Below are positions 19,907 to 33,948 of a stretch of 64,000 nucleotides of DNA, in pieces. Under the pieces are notes generated by a model. The model saw only the letters and a list, made by a program, of their open reading frames with translations. It was not told the DNA's origin and made no database searches. The DNA is from Candidatus Eiseniibacteriota bacterium (GTDB lineage: Bacteria > Eisenbacteria > RBG-16-71-46 > CAVPCR01), in NCBI GenBank assembly GCA_963823555.1, contig CAWGMA010000001.1, positions 2,112,001 to 2,176,000 on the forward strand, in the 5' to 3' direction. A program made the position numbers and the translations under genes. How positions within the stretch are numbered: the first letter of the stretch is position 1; every line of letters begins with the position of its first letter.

Positions 19907-21628
19907 TTGAGCCGCCCTTTTCCGTCTGCCATGATGGATGGGACGGGATCGGCGATGGGGCCGGCCCCGGAGCCCCTCCTCACCATGAATCGACTCCTGC
20001 GACTCGTTCCCCTGGGCCGTCATCTAGACCGTCGAGCGCTGCACGTCGGCGTCGAGGTCTTGTTCTGGGCCGCGCTCGCCGCCGCCTACGAGATCCTCGG
20101 TCGCCGTTCCACGAGCGATTGGTTGGACCTGCTCGCGGGCGCCGCGCTCCTTGCCCTGGCCGTCACCACCGCCGGCCCACCGCTCCGCTTCGCGGCGCCG
20201 CGGGTCGCCATCCGTCTGGCGCGGCAGGCAGGGGCGGCGCTCGAGCACCTGTTCGACGCCCACTACGGGGCGGACTTCCATCCCGAGCGTGAACCGCGCC
20301 TTCCCCGTCTCGGACGCTACCGGGCGGTGATCGTGGTGCTCGGAACCATCGATATCGCCCTCGGAGGTGCCCTCCTCACCCTCGGATCGCCGCTCCTGGC
20401 GCTCGAGCAGACCTCCTACCTCGCCTACCTGCTCGCGGCTCTCGTCGTCTGGATCGGAATCACCGTCACCCTCACATCGCTCCTGCTCACCCTGCTGCAG
20501 CAGCTGCGCCTGGCCCCGAGTCGCAGGCACCACCCCCTCGGGCGGCGCCGCGTCCTCCTCGTCCTCGCCAGCCTCGGCGTGGCCATCGCCCTCATGATGC
20601 AACTCGATGCCCTCATCGGGGCCCAGGGCTGGCTGGCGGCGATGGGCTTGAGCTTGATCCTGCTCCTTCCTCCCCGTTTCGGCCCCCGTGTCGAGTTCCA
20701 GCTCAACCTGCGCGCCCCCGACACCCGATCCCCCCAACGCCTGGAAGCGACGACGGTCGAGGAGATGGTGCGCTCGTTTCTCGCGGTGCTGGTCCTCTCA
20801 GCGCTGGCCCTGGCGCTGGCCATCCAGGGCCACCGGTTGCCGTTCGCCATGGCAGCACCGGAGATGGCCACGCGCATGGCGATCACGCACTACGCAGGCC
20901 GCGTCGTGGCCTGGGTGTTCGGATTCGGCGCTCTCGCTGGAGTCGGCCTCTACCTGTTCGAGTTCACCGTGCGCCGCTGGCGCTCCGACCCGGCATTCCC
21001 GGGTTCGGTGGCGACGGATCGGGACCTGGTCATCTCCCTCGTCCAGACCAATCTCGCCCTCGCCCGTGCCGGGCGCCGCGACCGCGGGGAGGGCTTCCTC
21101 TATGCGCCGCACTGGTGGCCATCGGATCGGATGTATCGCGACGCGTGGCATGAAGACGACTTGAGCGAAGGCTCTTCCGGTCCGGACTTCCATCATCACT
21201 ATGGGCAACCCGCCCGCCGGCTGCTGCGGCAGGTCTTGCGCTCGCTCTCGATCGATCTCATCTACATCGAGGATGGAGTCCCGTCCAACCGCATGGGAGA
21301 TGTGATGCGGCTGCTCTTCAGGCACTTCGACGCGACGGCAGGCCGTGCCGCACCGGAGCGCGTGCTCGAGGAACGCCATCTCGCCTCGCCGCCCGGGGTG
21401 CATCTCGCCCTCCAGGAGATCGAGATCGACGCGCCGCAGCGCAAGATCGAGGAGGGATACAAGGAGCCGTCCTACGAGTCCCTGTCGCGGGCTCGACTGT
21501 TGCTCGTGCTTCGCGCCCGCGGTGGCGATGAGCCTGATGAGGATCCCTTCGCCTTCACCCGCGAACCCGGATGGGTCGATCGGTTCCTGTCGCGATTGCC
21601 GGTGGGCCCGGCGGCGAGTTCGGTCTGA
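19907..21628 (+). CDS. Multi-pass membrane protein with an uncharacterised C-terminal soluble domain
   Basis: About 8 hydrophobic segments followed by GFLYAPHWW...IDLIYIEDGV. Start uncertain. Confidence 0.7.
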   Translation: MSRPFPSAMMDGTGSAMGPAPEPLLTMNRLLRLVPLGRHLDRRALHVGVEVLFWAALAAAYEILGRRSTSDWLDLLAGAALLALAVTTAGPPLRFAAPRVAIRLARQAGAALEHLFDAHYGADFHPEREPRLPRLGRYRAVIVVLGTIDIALGGALLTLGSPLLALEQTSYLAYLLAALVVWIGITVTLTSLLLTLLQQLRLAPSRRHHPLGRRRVLLVLASLGVAIALMMQLDALIGAQGWLAAMGLSLILLLPPRFGPRVEFQLNLRAPDTRSPQRLEATTVEEMVRSFLAVLVLSALALALAIQGHRLPFAMAAPEMATRMAITHYAGRVVAWVFGFGALAGVGLYLFEFTVRRWRSDPAFPGSVATDRDLVISLVQTNLALARAGRRDRGEGFLYAPHWWPSDRMYRDAWHEDDLSEGSSGPDFHHHYGQPARRLLRQVLRSLSIDLIYIEDGVPSNRMGDVMRLLFRHFDATAGRAAPERVLEERHLASPPGVHLALQEIEIDAPQRKIEEGYKEPSYESLSRARLLLVLRARGGDEPDEDPFAFTREPGWVDRFLSRLPVGPAASSV

Positions 21629-21725
21629 CCACGCCTGACGCCGAGCGCCGAGCGCCGGGAGAATCCGCGGCGAACCGCAAGATTCAAGTGCACGCTTCGA
21701 CCGGAAGCCGGGGCCGGCGCCCCGT

Positions 21726-23606
21726 CTAGAGCACGTCGCCGCGGGCCCCCGCGGCCCCATCCCCGGCGCCCTCAGCCCCTGCGCCGCCCGCACCGCCCGC
21801 GCCGATCGCGAAGCGGAGTCCGTTCAGCGTGGGTGCCGAATCCCCCGCCCGATAGATGCCGCAGGCCACGCCGCCGCCGCCGCCGCCGCCCCCACCACCA
21901 GCGCCCCCACCACCACCTGGGCCGCCGGCTCCGCCGGCCGCGCTCGGCGGCGACCCCGAACCGCCGGATCCACCTCCGCCACCGCTCCCAGCGTTCCCAC
22001 CGATCCCACCCCGCCCCCCATCGCCACCACCAGCCGCCGTGAGGGCGCACGCTTCGACGAGCGGCGAACTATCCACCAGGAGGAGCGCGATCGAGCCTCC
22101 CCCTCCCTGGCCGCCCCTGCCGCCGGCACCGCCGCAACCTCCGGCCCCACCGCCCCCGCCCGCCCCGCCATAGAGCGGGCACCCGCCGGCGATCGCGCCG
22201 CCGCCCCCACCGCCCCCGCCACCGCTCGTCCCGTGAGCCCCGGTTTCGCCGTCGACCCCGGGCTCCCCGCGCCACAGTCCGTCCCCACCGATCACGCCCG
22301 TCGCGCCCCCGCCCGCGCCCCCTGAGCCTCCGGCCCCATCGGCGCCTGGACCACCCGCCAGACCGGGTTGACCGAAATCGCCACCCGCTCCGCCCGACCC
22401 ACCGCCGGGCACAGCCACTCCTGCCTCGCCGGGAAGCGCGCCATACCCTGGCCCACCACCACGGCCGCCGTCCGTGCAGAGACCCTGCCCGCCAAGCCCG
22501 TAGTCCGGCACGGCACAGGCATCACAGGGTGAAACCCCACCCTCGCAACCGGGGAGACCGGCATCGCCCGCCGGACCGGCCGCTCCCACCGCACCGGGCG
22601 CCCCTTCGTCTCCCGCCGCCCCGGCGGCCGCCACGAGGTCGAGATGGCGGAGGTGAAGCGAATCGGCCGCCCGCGCCAGCAAGGCCACGGCGCTCTCGCC
22701 CACCAGGACGGGAGTTTCTGCGGTAAGGCGCAGATTTTCTATCCAGGCCCCGCGATCGATGGACTCAGCGCGCAGGACGACCTGGGTGGCCACCACTTCC
22801 GAGCGCGTGGATGGATCGAGGAGGTCCCGCATCCAGTCGTCGCGATCGTAACCACCATAGAGGCTGACACCGCGCGGCAGGACCAGGGTCTCCGCGTACG
22901 TACCGCGGGCCACGATCACCGCCTCCTTGCCACCGCCGGCGGCGCGCTGGAGGGCCGCCCCGATCGAGCGCAGGGGCTCCTCCTGAGTACCGGGGGCATC
23001 GTCATCGCCATCCGGAGCAACGAAGACGCTCCGCGCCACGTCGCCGTCGAAGCCGTCGCAATTGGAGTCGATGCCGTCGTCATCGGGGCGGTCGAGTGCA
23101 CCGGGGTTGATGTTCGGATTCGCGTCATCGCAGTCGCCGTCATCGGGCGCGTAGCCATCCTGATCGCCGTCGAGGGGGTCGATGCCGGTCGTGAACTCGA
23201 TGCGCGTCGAATCCACCGTGGCGTTTCCTGCCAGATCGCGGATACCGGCTCGGACCACGGCGACATGCATGGCCTCCGCCGTCAGGTGCAAGGCCGGCGT
23301 GAAGACGATGGCGCGGGTCGCGGCGCGGTAGCTCACGGCGCCCGGAACCGCCCCTCTCTCGTCCCGGACCACGAGCGAGGTGGAGTCCACGCTCGCAGGA
23401 TCGAGGTCCTCGTTGAAGACGACGCTCACGTCGGAGCGGGGAATGACCGAGCTGGCCCCGTCCTCCGGGACCGTGGAGACGATGCCGGGAGGGGTCGTGT
23501 CGGGTGCGGTGCCGTCGTCCCCGCAACCTGCGGCGAGGGCGAGCCCGGCGGCAAGCAGCGCCGCCGCGCTGGCTCGACGGGATCGGGGTGGCTGATCGAA
23601 TGCCAT
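21726..23606 (-). CDS. Lipoprotein: bacterial Ig-like domain + MopE-like metal-binding repeat + DUF1565-like region + PE-PGRS-like Gly-rich tail
   Basis: LAAGC lipobox, DTTPP..V...P..GA...FNE.LDP...RDLAGN, DGDQDGY...DCDD....NPGA....DGIDSNCDG, FVAP.GDD..PGT...P..SI and extensive GGxGG repeats. Confidence 0.8.
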   Translation of the reverse strand: MAFDQPPRSRRASAAALLAAGLALAAGCGDDGTAPDTTPPGIVSTVPEDGASSVIPRSDVSVVFNEDLDPASVDSTSLVVRDERGAVPGAVSYRAATRAIVFTPALHLTAEAMHVAVVRAGIRDLAGNATVDSTRIEFTTGIDPLDGDQDGYAPDDGDCDDANPNINPGALDRPDDDGIDSNCDGFDGDVARSVFVAPDGDDDAPGTQEEPLRSIGAALQRAAGGGKEAVIVARGTYAETLVLPRGVSLYGGYDRDDWMRDLLDPSTRSEVVATQVVLRAESIDRGAWIENLRLTAETPVLVGESAVALLARAADSLHLRHLDLVAAAGAAGDEGAPGAVGAAGPAGDAGLPGCEGGVSPCDACAVPDYGLGGQGLCTDGGRGGGPGYGALPGEAGVAVPGGGSGGAGGDFGQPGLAGGPGADGAGGSGGAGGGATGVIGGDGLWRGEPGVDGETGAHGTSGGGGGGGGGAIAGGCPLYGGAGGGGGAGGCGGAGGRGGQGGGGSIALLLVDSSPLVEACALTAAGGGDGGRGGIGGNAGSGGGGGSGGSGSPPSAAGGAGGPGGGGGAGGGGGGGGGGVACGIYRAGDSAPTLNGLRFAIGAGGAGGAGAEGAGDGAAGARGDVL

Positions 23607-23778
23607 GACGTGTCGCGACAACCGGACCTCCAGGATTCTGATGGCGTTCTGGCTCGGCCGCGCCGTTCGGCAACCTCTCCTCACCCGCCAAGCCTCCGGC
23701 ACAACCAGCCCGCGGCTATTCTATACTCGCTTCCCGACTCGCGGCGGCCGGAAGTCCCGGACTCACGAGCGGCGGCTC

Positions 23779-25800
23779 ATGAACCTTTCCTCTCGATCCC
23801 AGCGAACCCCGGTGCGGCCCGAGACGCCTCGCCCTGCGCTCGCCGGCGCCCGAGGATTCCCTCCTGGACTGGGTGCCGTGGCCGCGGTCCCGGTCGCAGC
23901 GGCCCTTCTCATCTACGCGTTGACCCTTTGCCGCACGGTCTACTTCGGAGATTCGGCCGAGCTGGCTGCAGCCGGGACCGTACTCGGCATCGCCCACCCC
24001 CCGGGCTACCCCCTCTATCTGCTCCTGACTCGACTTCTGGCCGTCGCCCTGCCCGGCGAACCGGCGCTCGCGGCGAACGTGCTCTCGGCGCTCGCGGCCG
24101 CCCTTGCCGCCGGGGCCTCGGCCCTCCTCGCCCGCCTGCTCGGGGCGCAACCCCCGGCAGCCATCGCCGCCGGTCTCCTCGTCGCCGGCTCCCGCATCAT
24201 CTGGTCCACGGCCGTGGTGGCCGAGGTCTACACGCTCAACGCCTTCCTGGCCACGAGCCTCCTGGCCGCGCTGGCCACCGACGAGTATCGACCGCGGGGC
24301 GACCTCCGCGCGCTCCTGCTCGCTGTCTATCTCTTCGCTCTGGGCCTTGCGCATCACCTCACGATCGTCCATCTCGCCATGCCCGTGCTGATCTTGCTCG
24401 TCGCGCGGCGCCGCCTGCCGCTCACCGCCATCCCGGCCGCGCTTGGCCTGGGCATCCTCGCGCTCAGCCTCTACATGGTCCTGCTCGTGCGTTCGCGATT
24501 CGACCCCCCGCTCGACTGGGGCAACCCCGAGACCCTGGCGCGACTCATCGACCACGTGAGCGCCCGCCAGTATCAGTTCCTGATGGGCAAGATGCGCGGG
24601 CCGGATGCGCTGGCGCGCCTCGGGGACATCGCCACCCTCCTCCTGCGCGATCTCGGGCTGTGGCTCATGCCCGCCCTCGTGCTCGGCGTGATCGCCCTCG
24701 CCCGCAGGCCGGCCTGGCTCGCGGCCCTCGCCCTCGTCGTGATCACCCTCACGGCTCATGCCCTGGCCTACGGCATTCCCGACTACTGGGGACACCTCGT
24801 ACCGGCCGCCGTCGTGCTTGCGGTCATGACCGCTCTGGGCCTCGATGTCGCGGCGCGCCGCCTGCCACGGGCCGCCCGCTGGCTCGTGCTCGTCGCCGGG
24901 CTCGTGCCACTCCTCCTGCACTTCGGCGCCGCCGATCGGAGCGCGCACCGCTCGGCGCGCGAGTTCGGGGAGAACCTGCTCGCGGCCCTGCCACCGGGCA
25001 GCACGCTCTTTGCCGAGGGCGACAACCAGATGTTCCTCCTCGCCTATCTGACCGCGGCCTGCGGCGAACGGCCGGACATGACGATCATCGACCGCGACAG
25101 CAACTTGCTCGGCGACTTCTATGGGTTTCGTGGCGAATCGGGGCCGCTCCCGGCCGCTCCACCGCAACTTGACAAGCTGGCGACCGAGGTGAGAGAGCTC
25201 ACCGCCTGGTTTGCCGCTGATCCCGGCCGTCCCGTCTATTCTTCGGCGCGCACGAATCTCCCCGCAGCCGGCCCCTTCACCCAGGAAGTGGTCGGGCTCG
25301 TATTCAGGATTCGCCCGGGCCCGGCGTCCACGGATAGCGCCGCCGCCACCGCCGCCCGCGCGGCCGCCGACCGATCCGCCTGGTCTGTGATCCGCACCGA
25401 GGCCATTCGCCGTGATGCGGTGCACGGCGACGCCCTGACCCGGGAGGTCGCAGCCCGTTACTGGGTGCGCCGCGGAGAGGCCGCCTTCGAGCGTGTCGAT
25501 CCGGCGGCGATGGCGGCCGCGTTCGATTCGGCGCTCGCCCTGGCTCCCGACAACGCCGACCTGCACTCCTACCTGGGCGCCTTCTACGGCCAGAACGACC
25601 GTCTCCCCGAGGCCATCCCGCTCCTCCGGCGCGCCGTCCATCTCGACCCGCTCTCGACCCGAGGCTGGACCAACCTGGGCCTGGCCCTCGCCAAGGCCGG
25701 ACGCCGGGAGGAGGCGATCCTGGCCCTCGAGGAGAGTCTTCGCATCCAGCCCGGACAGGATGCGATCACCCATCTCCTGGCCCAGCTCCGCCGGCGCTGA
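23779..25800 (+). CDS. DUF2723 (TMEM260-like GT-C glycosyltransferase) with C-terminal TPRs
   Basis: GDSAELAAA...LGIAHPPGYPLY, AEVYTLN, DWGNPE and GDN motifs, many TMs and C-terminal TPRs. Confidence 0.88.
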   Translation: MNLSSRSQRTPVRPETPRPALAGARGFPPGLGAVAAVPVAAALLIYALTLCRTVYFGDSAELAAAGTVLGIAHPPGYPLYLLLTRLLAVALPGEPALAANVLSALAAALAAGASALLARLLGAQPPAAIAAGLLVAGSRIIWSTAVVAEVYTLNAFLATSLLAALATDEYRPRGDLRALLLAVYLFALGLAHHLTIVHLAMPVLILLVARRRLPLTAIPAALGLGILALSLYMVLLVRSRFDPPLDWGNPETLARLIDHVSARQYQFLMGKMRGPDALARLGDIATLLLRDLGLWLMPALVLGVIALARRPAWLAALALVVITLTAHALAYGIPDYWGHLVPAAVVLAVMTALGLDVAARRLPRAARWLVLVAGLVPLLLHFGAADRSAHRSAREFGENLLAALPPGSTLFAEGDNQMFLLAYLTAACGERPDMTIIDRDSNLLGDFYGFRGESGPLPAAPPQLDKLATEVRELTAWFAADPGRPVYSSARTNLPAAGPFTQEVVGLVFRIRPGPASTDSAAATAARAAADRSAWSVIRTEAIRRDAVHGDALTREVAARYWVRRGEAAFERVDPAAMAAAFDSALALAPDNADLHSYLGAFYGQNDRLPEAIPLLRRAVHLDPLSTRGWTNLGLALAKAGRREEAILALEESLRIQPGQDAITHLLAQLRRR

Positions 25801-25880
25801 CGGGGCAGGCCGCCGCGGGCATCCGGGGGTGCCGCTCGGGGCCCGATCCGCGATAATGGGACGACTCGCGGAGAGCTCTC

Positions 25881-28680
<2,800 letters not shown>

Positions 28681-28784
28681 CGGGCTCGACATCGAGCCCC
28701 GGGCCGGATCGTGCCGGCGCCACACGGAGGCTAACGCGGCCGGCTGTGCCCGTCAATTGCGGCTCCCATGCTATCCTCCCGCCC

Positions 28785-29474
28785 ATGACGCGGAGCTTCA
28801 CGGTCCAGGGACAGGCGGGCGAGATCCAGGCCGGCACCATCATCGCGGTCGGGCGCAACTATCGGGAGCATGCGCGGGAGATGGGGGCCTCGGGCGAGGA
28901 ACCGCCCCTTCTCTTCCTCAAACCGGCGAGCGCCCTGGTTGCTGACGGGGGCATCATCCGCCGGCCCGCCTTCTCCATCAGCATGCACCACGAGGTTGAG
29001 ATCGTGGTCGCCATCAGTCGCGGGGGCCGGCACATCCCCGAGCCGGTCGCCCTCGAGCACGTCCTCGGCTATGGCGTCGGTCTCGACATGACGCTGCGCG
29101 ACGTGCAATCGGAGGCCAAGCGACGCGGGCACCCCTGGGCGGTGGCCAAGGGGTTCGATACGTCGGCCCCGCTCTCGGAGATCGTTCCCGCTGCGACCGC
29201 CAGCCCTCCCGATGACCTCGCCCTCGAGCTCAAGGTGAACGGCGAGATCCGCCAGCAAGGCTTCGCGCGCGACATGATCCTCGGGATCCCGGCTCTCATC
29301 GCCTTCGTCTCCGGCATCTTCACCCTCGAGCGCGGAGATCTCATCTTCACGGGGACGCCCGCAGGGGTGGGCGAGGTCTTTCCCGGAGACGTGCTCGAAG
29401 CGAGCTTGATCGGCCACACGCAACTCTGCGTCACCGTGGCCGACGAGAGAGAGGGACCCGCCGGCTCGGCTTGA
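28785..29474 (+). CDS. Fumarylacetoacetate hydrolase family protein
   Basis: GRNYREH, FLKP, HHEVE, DMTLRD, KGFDT and TGTPAGVG. Confidence 0.92.
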   Translation: MTRSFTVQGQAGEIQAGTIIAVGRNYREHAREMGASGEEPPLLFLKPASALVADGGIIRRPAFSISMHHEVEIVVAISRGGRHIPEPVALEHVLGYGVGLDMTLRDVQSEAKRRGHPWAVAKGFDTSAPLSEIVPAATASPPDDLALELKVNGEIRQQGFARDMILGIPALIAFVSGIFTLERGDLIFTGTPAGVGEVFPGDVLEASLIGHTQLCVTVADEREGPAGSA

Positions 29475-29584
29475 TCGACTTGCCGCAGGCGCCGTCTGCT
29501 TAGTCCTCGAGTTTTCCTCGGAAATCCTGGAGAGCCCCGACTCTGGGCGCTGCGCCAGCGAGACCGTCCCGCGAGGATCCCGCC

Positions 29585-30739
<1,155 letters not shown>

Positions 30740-30877
30740 TACAATAGTTTACAACATAAACCTAGACTCCTGCATGAAGGGCTTTGCAGGCGTCGCCGAT
30801 TCTTGTAGTGTCCCCGTCGCTACGAGCCGGCCCCGGTGCCCCAGGGCAATCCGCATCCGATGTTCGGAGGAGGAGAC

Positions 30878-31521
30878 ATGCGCTGGACCACCGCCACCGG
30901 GGCCCTGGGAATCATCCTGGCCCTGGCGCTCGTCGGCCTGCCTGCCGCCCGGCGCCTCGGACCGCCCGAGACCGTCGTTCCCGGAAAACCGGTAGCCCCC
31001 TTCTTCCTCCAGGACGCGACCGGTCGTTCCCTCGACCTCTCCGAGCTCGCGCCACAGGGATCGTCCGCCCTGGTCCTCGTCTACTGGTCACCCCGGTGCC
31101 CGATATCGCGGGGCTATGAAGCTCGACTCGGCGACCTGGCCATGGCGACGGCCGAGCGCGGTGTCCGCTGGTATGCCGTGGTGGCGGATGCCGAGGTGCC
31201 CGAGGCGGAACTGAGCGCAACCACCGGGCCGGGGGACTCACGCTCCCGCTGCTCCGCGACCGTCGGGCTACCGCGGCCCGCCGCCTGGGGGTCACCTCCA
31301 CGCCACAGGCGATCGTTATCGATGGCGAAGGCAAACTGGCCTACTCTGGCGCCATCGACTCGAACCTGTTCGGCGACGGGTCGAGCCGCACGCCGTATCT
31401 CGCCGCCGCGGTCGAGGCGGTTCTGGCTGGCAACACACCCGTTCCGGCCCTCACGCGGAGCTTCGGAACCTCGATCGAGAGACCCGGCCCCGGGCTGGCG
31501 CGACTCGGACCCGGCTTGTAG
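30878..31521 (+). CDS. Redoxin/thioredoxin-like (AhpC-TSA) exported protein, frameshift near 31230
   Basis: AGGAGGAG RBS, PFFLQD..G..L..L and WSPRCP, continuing in a new frame as LPLLRD...LGVTSTP..IVID.EG.L.YSGAID. TAG at 31519. Confidence 0.75.
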
Positions 31522-31551
31522 CTCGCCAGCCACACGAGAGGAAAGGACGCC

Positions 31552-32190
31552 ATGACCCCCATCGTTCCGGAGACCATCGAGCACTACCTGAAGAGCCATG
31601 CCCCGCGCCGGGACCGCGTCCTGCTCGAGATGGAGGAACTCGCCGCCCGCGAGCGGGTCCCGATCGTGGGCCCTCTCGTCGGCACCCTGTTTCAGGTGCT
31701 GGGATCGATCCATCGGGCGCGGCGCGTGTTCGAGCTGGGCTCGGCGATCGGTTACTCGACGATCTGGTGGGCACGGGCGGTGGGATCCGCGGGGCGCGTC
31801 TTCTATACCGACGGCGACCCGGAGAAGGCGGCGCGCGCCCAGAAGTACTTCCGGCGGGCCGGGGTCGCCGATCGCATCACGATCCTCGTCGGGGACGCCC
31901 TGACCCACCTCCGGCACACGCCGGGGCAGTTCGACGTCATCTTCAACGATGTCGACAAGTGGGAGTATCCCCGCGTCTGGCGGCAGGCCCTGCCTCGCCT
32001 CAAGGCGGACGGCATGCTCGTCAGCGACAACACGCTGTGGAGCGGCAAGGTGCTGGCCGGCGGCGGCGACGCCGACACCGAGGGCATCCGCCGCTACAAC
32101 CAGCTGGCTGCCCGCTCGCGCACCTATCTGACCACGGTCCTTCCGCTCCGCGACGGGGTCTCGATCACGACTCGCGCCCGCCGCCCGTAG
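31552..32190 (+). CDS. SAM-dependent O-methyltransferase (COMT/CCoAOMT family)
   Basis: FELGSAIGYS, FDVIFNDVDK.EY and DNTLWSG. Confidence 0.9.
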   Translation: MTPIVPETIEHYLKSHAPRRDRVLLEMEELAARERVPIVGPLVGTLFQVLGSIHRARRVFELGSAIGYSTIWWARAVGSAGRVFYTDGDPEKAARAQKYFRRAGVADRITILVGDALTHLRHTPGQFDVIFNDVDKWEYPRVWRQALPRLKADGMLVSDNTLWSGKVLAGGGDADTEGIRRYNQLAARSRTYLTTVLPLRDGVSITTRARRP

Positions 32191-32221
32191 CGGCAACGTG
32201 GCCCCTCTTCAGCGGCCGCCA

Positions 32222-32914
32222 TCAGAAATGAACCAGGGCCCCCAGGCTGATATCAGCCTGCAGGATGCTTGCGCGCCCTGATATCTGCGCCAGACACCCC
32301 TCCCGCGAGCAGAACATCTCATCCCGCGAGAAGCTGATCCCCCCCATGAGGCGGGCGTCGGCGCGAAGGCCGAACCGCGGCGAAACGTAATACTTGGCTC
32401 CTCCGGCGGGGGCCAGGGCCAGGAAGGTCTCCTTGCGGTACGCATTCCCGACTGGATCCGCCGTCATGCCTCCCAGATAGATCCCGGCAAAGGGCACGAA
32501 CCGCTTCGAGACGACGAAATCGTAGGTGGCGCCGACCAGGAAGTAGTTGAGGTCGAGATCGAGCTGGTACTCGCGGGGAACGTCCGATGCGTTGAGGTAG
32601 ACCCCCGTCCGCTGGTGCATGTACAGGAACTCGGCGTGCAGCTCGGGCTGACCCGGACTCGCATAGCTGATCGCGCCGCCGAAGTCCGCCGCGCCATCGA
32701 ACTCGAGCCTGCCATTCTCGACGCTGATACCTCCCCCGAACCGATAACCGGAGAACACGACGATCTCGGTCCCGCCGCCGGCGACGGCCCACTCCGCCGA
32801 GATGGCTGCCCCGAACGAGGGCGTTTCGGCCAGGAGCAGGAGTACGGGCGGCATGAGGAGCAAGAGCAGGCGGCAACCTCGTTCTCGAAGAGGGGAGCAG
32901 CGGTGAGCTGGCAT
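32222..32914 (-). CDS. Outer-membrane beta-barrel protein
   Basis: Signal-like hydrophobic stretch, alternating beta strands, GGAKYY...FGLRAD and terminal Phe. AGGAGG RBS. Start 32914 or 32923. Confidence 0.75.
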   Translation of the reverse strand: MPAHRCSPLRERGCRLLLLLMPPVLLLLAETPSFGAAISAEWAVAGGGTEIVVFSGYRFGGGISVENGRLEFDGAADFGGAISYASPGQPELHAEFLYMHQRTGVYLNASDVPREYQLDLDLNYFLVGATYDFVVSKRFVPFAGIYLGGMTADPVGNAYRKETFLALAPAGGAKYYVSPRFGLRADARLMGGISFSRDEMFCSREGCLAQISGRASILQADISLGALVHF

Positions 32915-33145
32915 AAGGATCATGCGCCTCCTGAATGGCACCCAAGCCGGCGAGGGTCTCATGCTGCCGCCGCAAGGCATTGAGACGAGCGCCCTGGTCC
33001 CTGAACGCGGCCCCACCGGGCACGAATCGCGGGGCATGTTAATCGATGGGTTCCCGATCGACAAACACTGGTTTTCCCCATTCCCCCGGCTCAGATGCCG
33101 TTGTGATAACGTCGGCAGGTGGCCGCAAGCCGATCTGGAGGGGGC

Positions 33146-33916
33146 ATGGGTGAAGCGATTCAGGATCGGGCGTCCGAGCGCCTGATCGTCGCACTGGACC
33201 TCAACGAGTATGAACAGGCCGAGCGCCTGATCGATGACCTGCTGCCGGTGGTGGGGGGGTTCGCCATCGGCTACATGGCCATGGCCGAAGGATGGGACCG
33301 GAAGGCCGTCGACCACATCCTCGATACCGGTGAGAAGCGGGTCATCTTCTACGATCCTCATCTCAACGCCACACCCCGCATCACCGCCGCTGCGGTGGCT
33401 GCCTATGCCCGCTGGGGCATCACCCACCTGAGCGTCTGCGGCACCGCTGGCCAGCGGTCGATCCAGTCGGCCGTCGAGAATCGCGGGCCGGTCGACATCG
33501 TCGTGACCACGGTCTTGACCTCCTTCGACGAGAACGAGATCCGCTGTGAATACGGGCGCCGCAGTGATGAGGTGGTGAGCGAGCACGCGCGCGCGGCCCA
33601 GCTGGCCGGGGCGCAGGCCCTTCTCTGCTCGCCCCAGGAGCTCAAGATCATTCGCGCCTACGTCCACGTCGAGCGCCTGATCAAGATCGTCAACGGCATT
33701 CGCTTCCCAGAGAGCCCACTCAAGCAGGACGATTTCCAGCGGATCCTGTCTCCCGGCGACGCCATCCGCGCCGGCGCCGACTATCTCCTGGTCGGCCGGC
33801 CCATCCTCGAACCTCCCGCGGGCGTCCGCTCGCCGCGCGAGGCCGTGGATCGAATCATCAACGAGATCGTCGATGCGCTGCCCTCGGCGCCGGCCCATAC
33901 GCGAGCTGGAGCCTGA
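33146..33916 (+). CDS. Orotidine-5'-phosphate decarboxylase homolog with a degenerate active site
   Basis: RLIVALD, TVLTS, GIR, DDFQR..SP..AI.AGADYLLVGRPI are present, but DxKxxDIxxT is replaced by DPHLNATPRI. Confidence 0.8.
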   Translation: MGEAIQDRASERLIVALDLNEYEQAERLIDDLLPVVGGFAIGYMAMAEGWDRKAVDHILDTGEKRVIFYDPHLNATPRITAAAVAAYARWGITHLSVCGTAGQRSIQSAVENRGPVDIVVTTVLTSFDENEIRCEYGRRSDEVVSEHARAAQLAGAQALLCSPQELKIIRAYVHVERLIKIVNGIRFPESPLKQDDFQRILSPGDAIRAGADYLLVGRPILEPPAGVRSPREAVDRIINEIVDALPSAPAHTRAGA

Positions 33917-33948
33917 TCGCAGCCGATCGCCACGATCACGCCAGCAAC

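Noticed and set aside
21830..22620. CCG/CCA-rich tract as a DNA repeat element or poly-Pro ORF
   Set aside because: It is the antisense of Gly-rich codons in the lipoprotein gene.
22644..25773. Long overlapping alternative-frame ORFs (842 aa +, 685 aa -) and similar shadows across the window
   Set aside because: They are Arg/Pro/Gly-rich, lack motifs, and are the expected stop-poor shadow frames in ~70% GC DNA.
32924..33898. 558-aa minus-strand ORF extension of the beta-barrel gene
   Set aside because: It is antisense to the pyrF-like gene, and an RBS supports a start at about 32914-32923.
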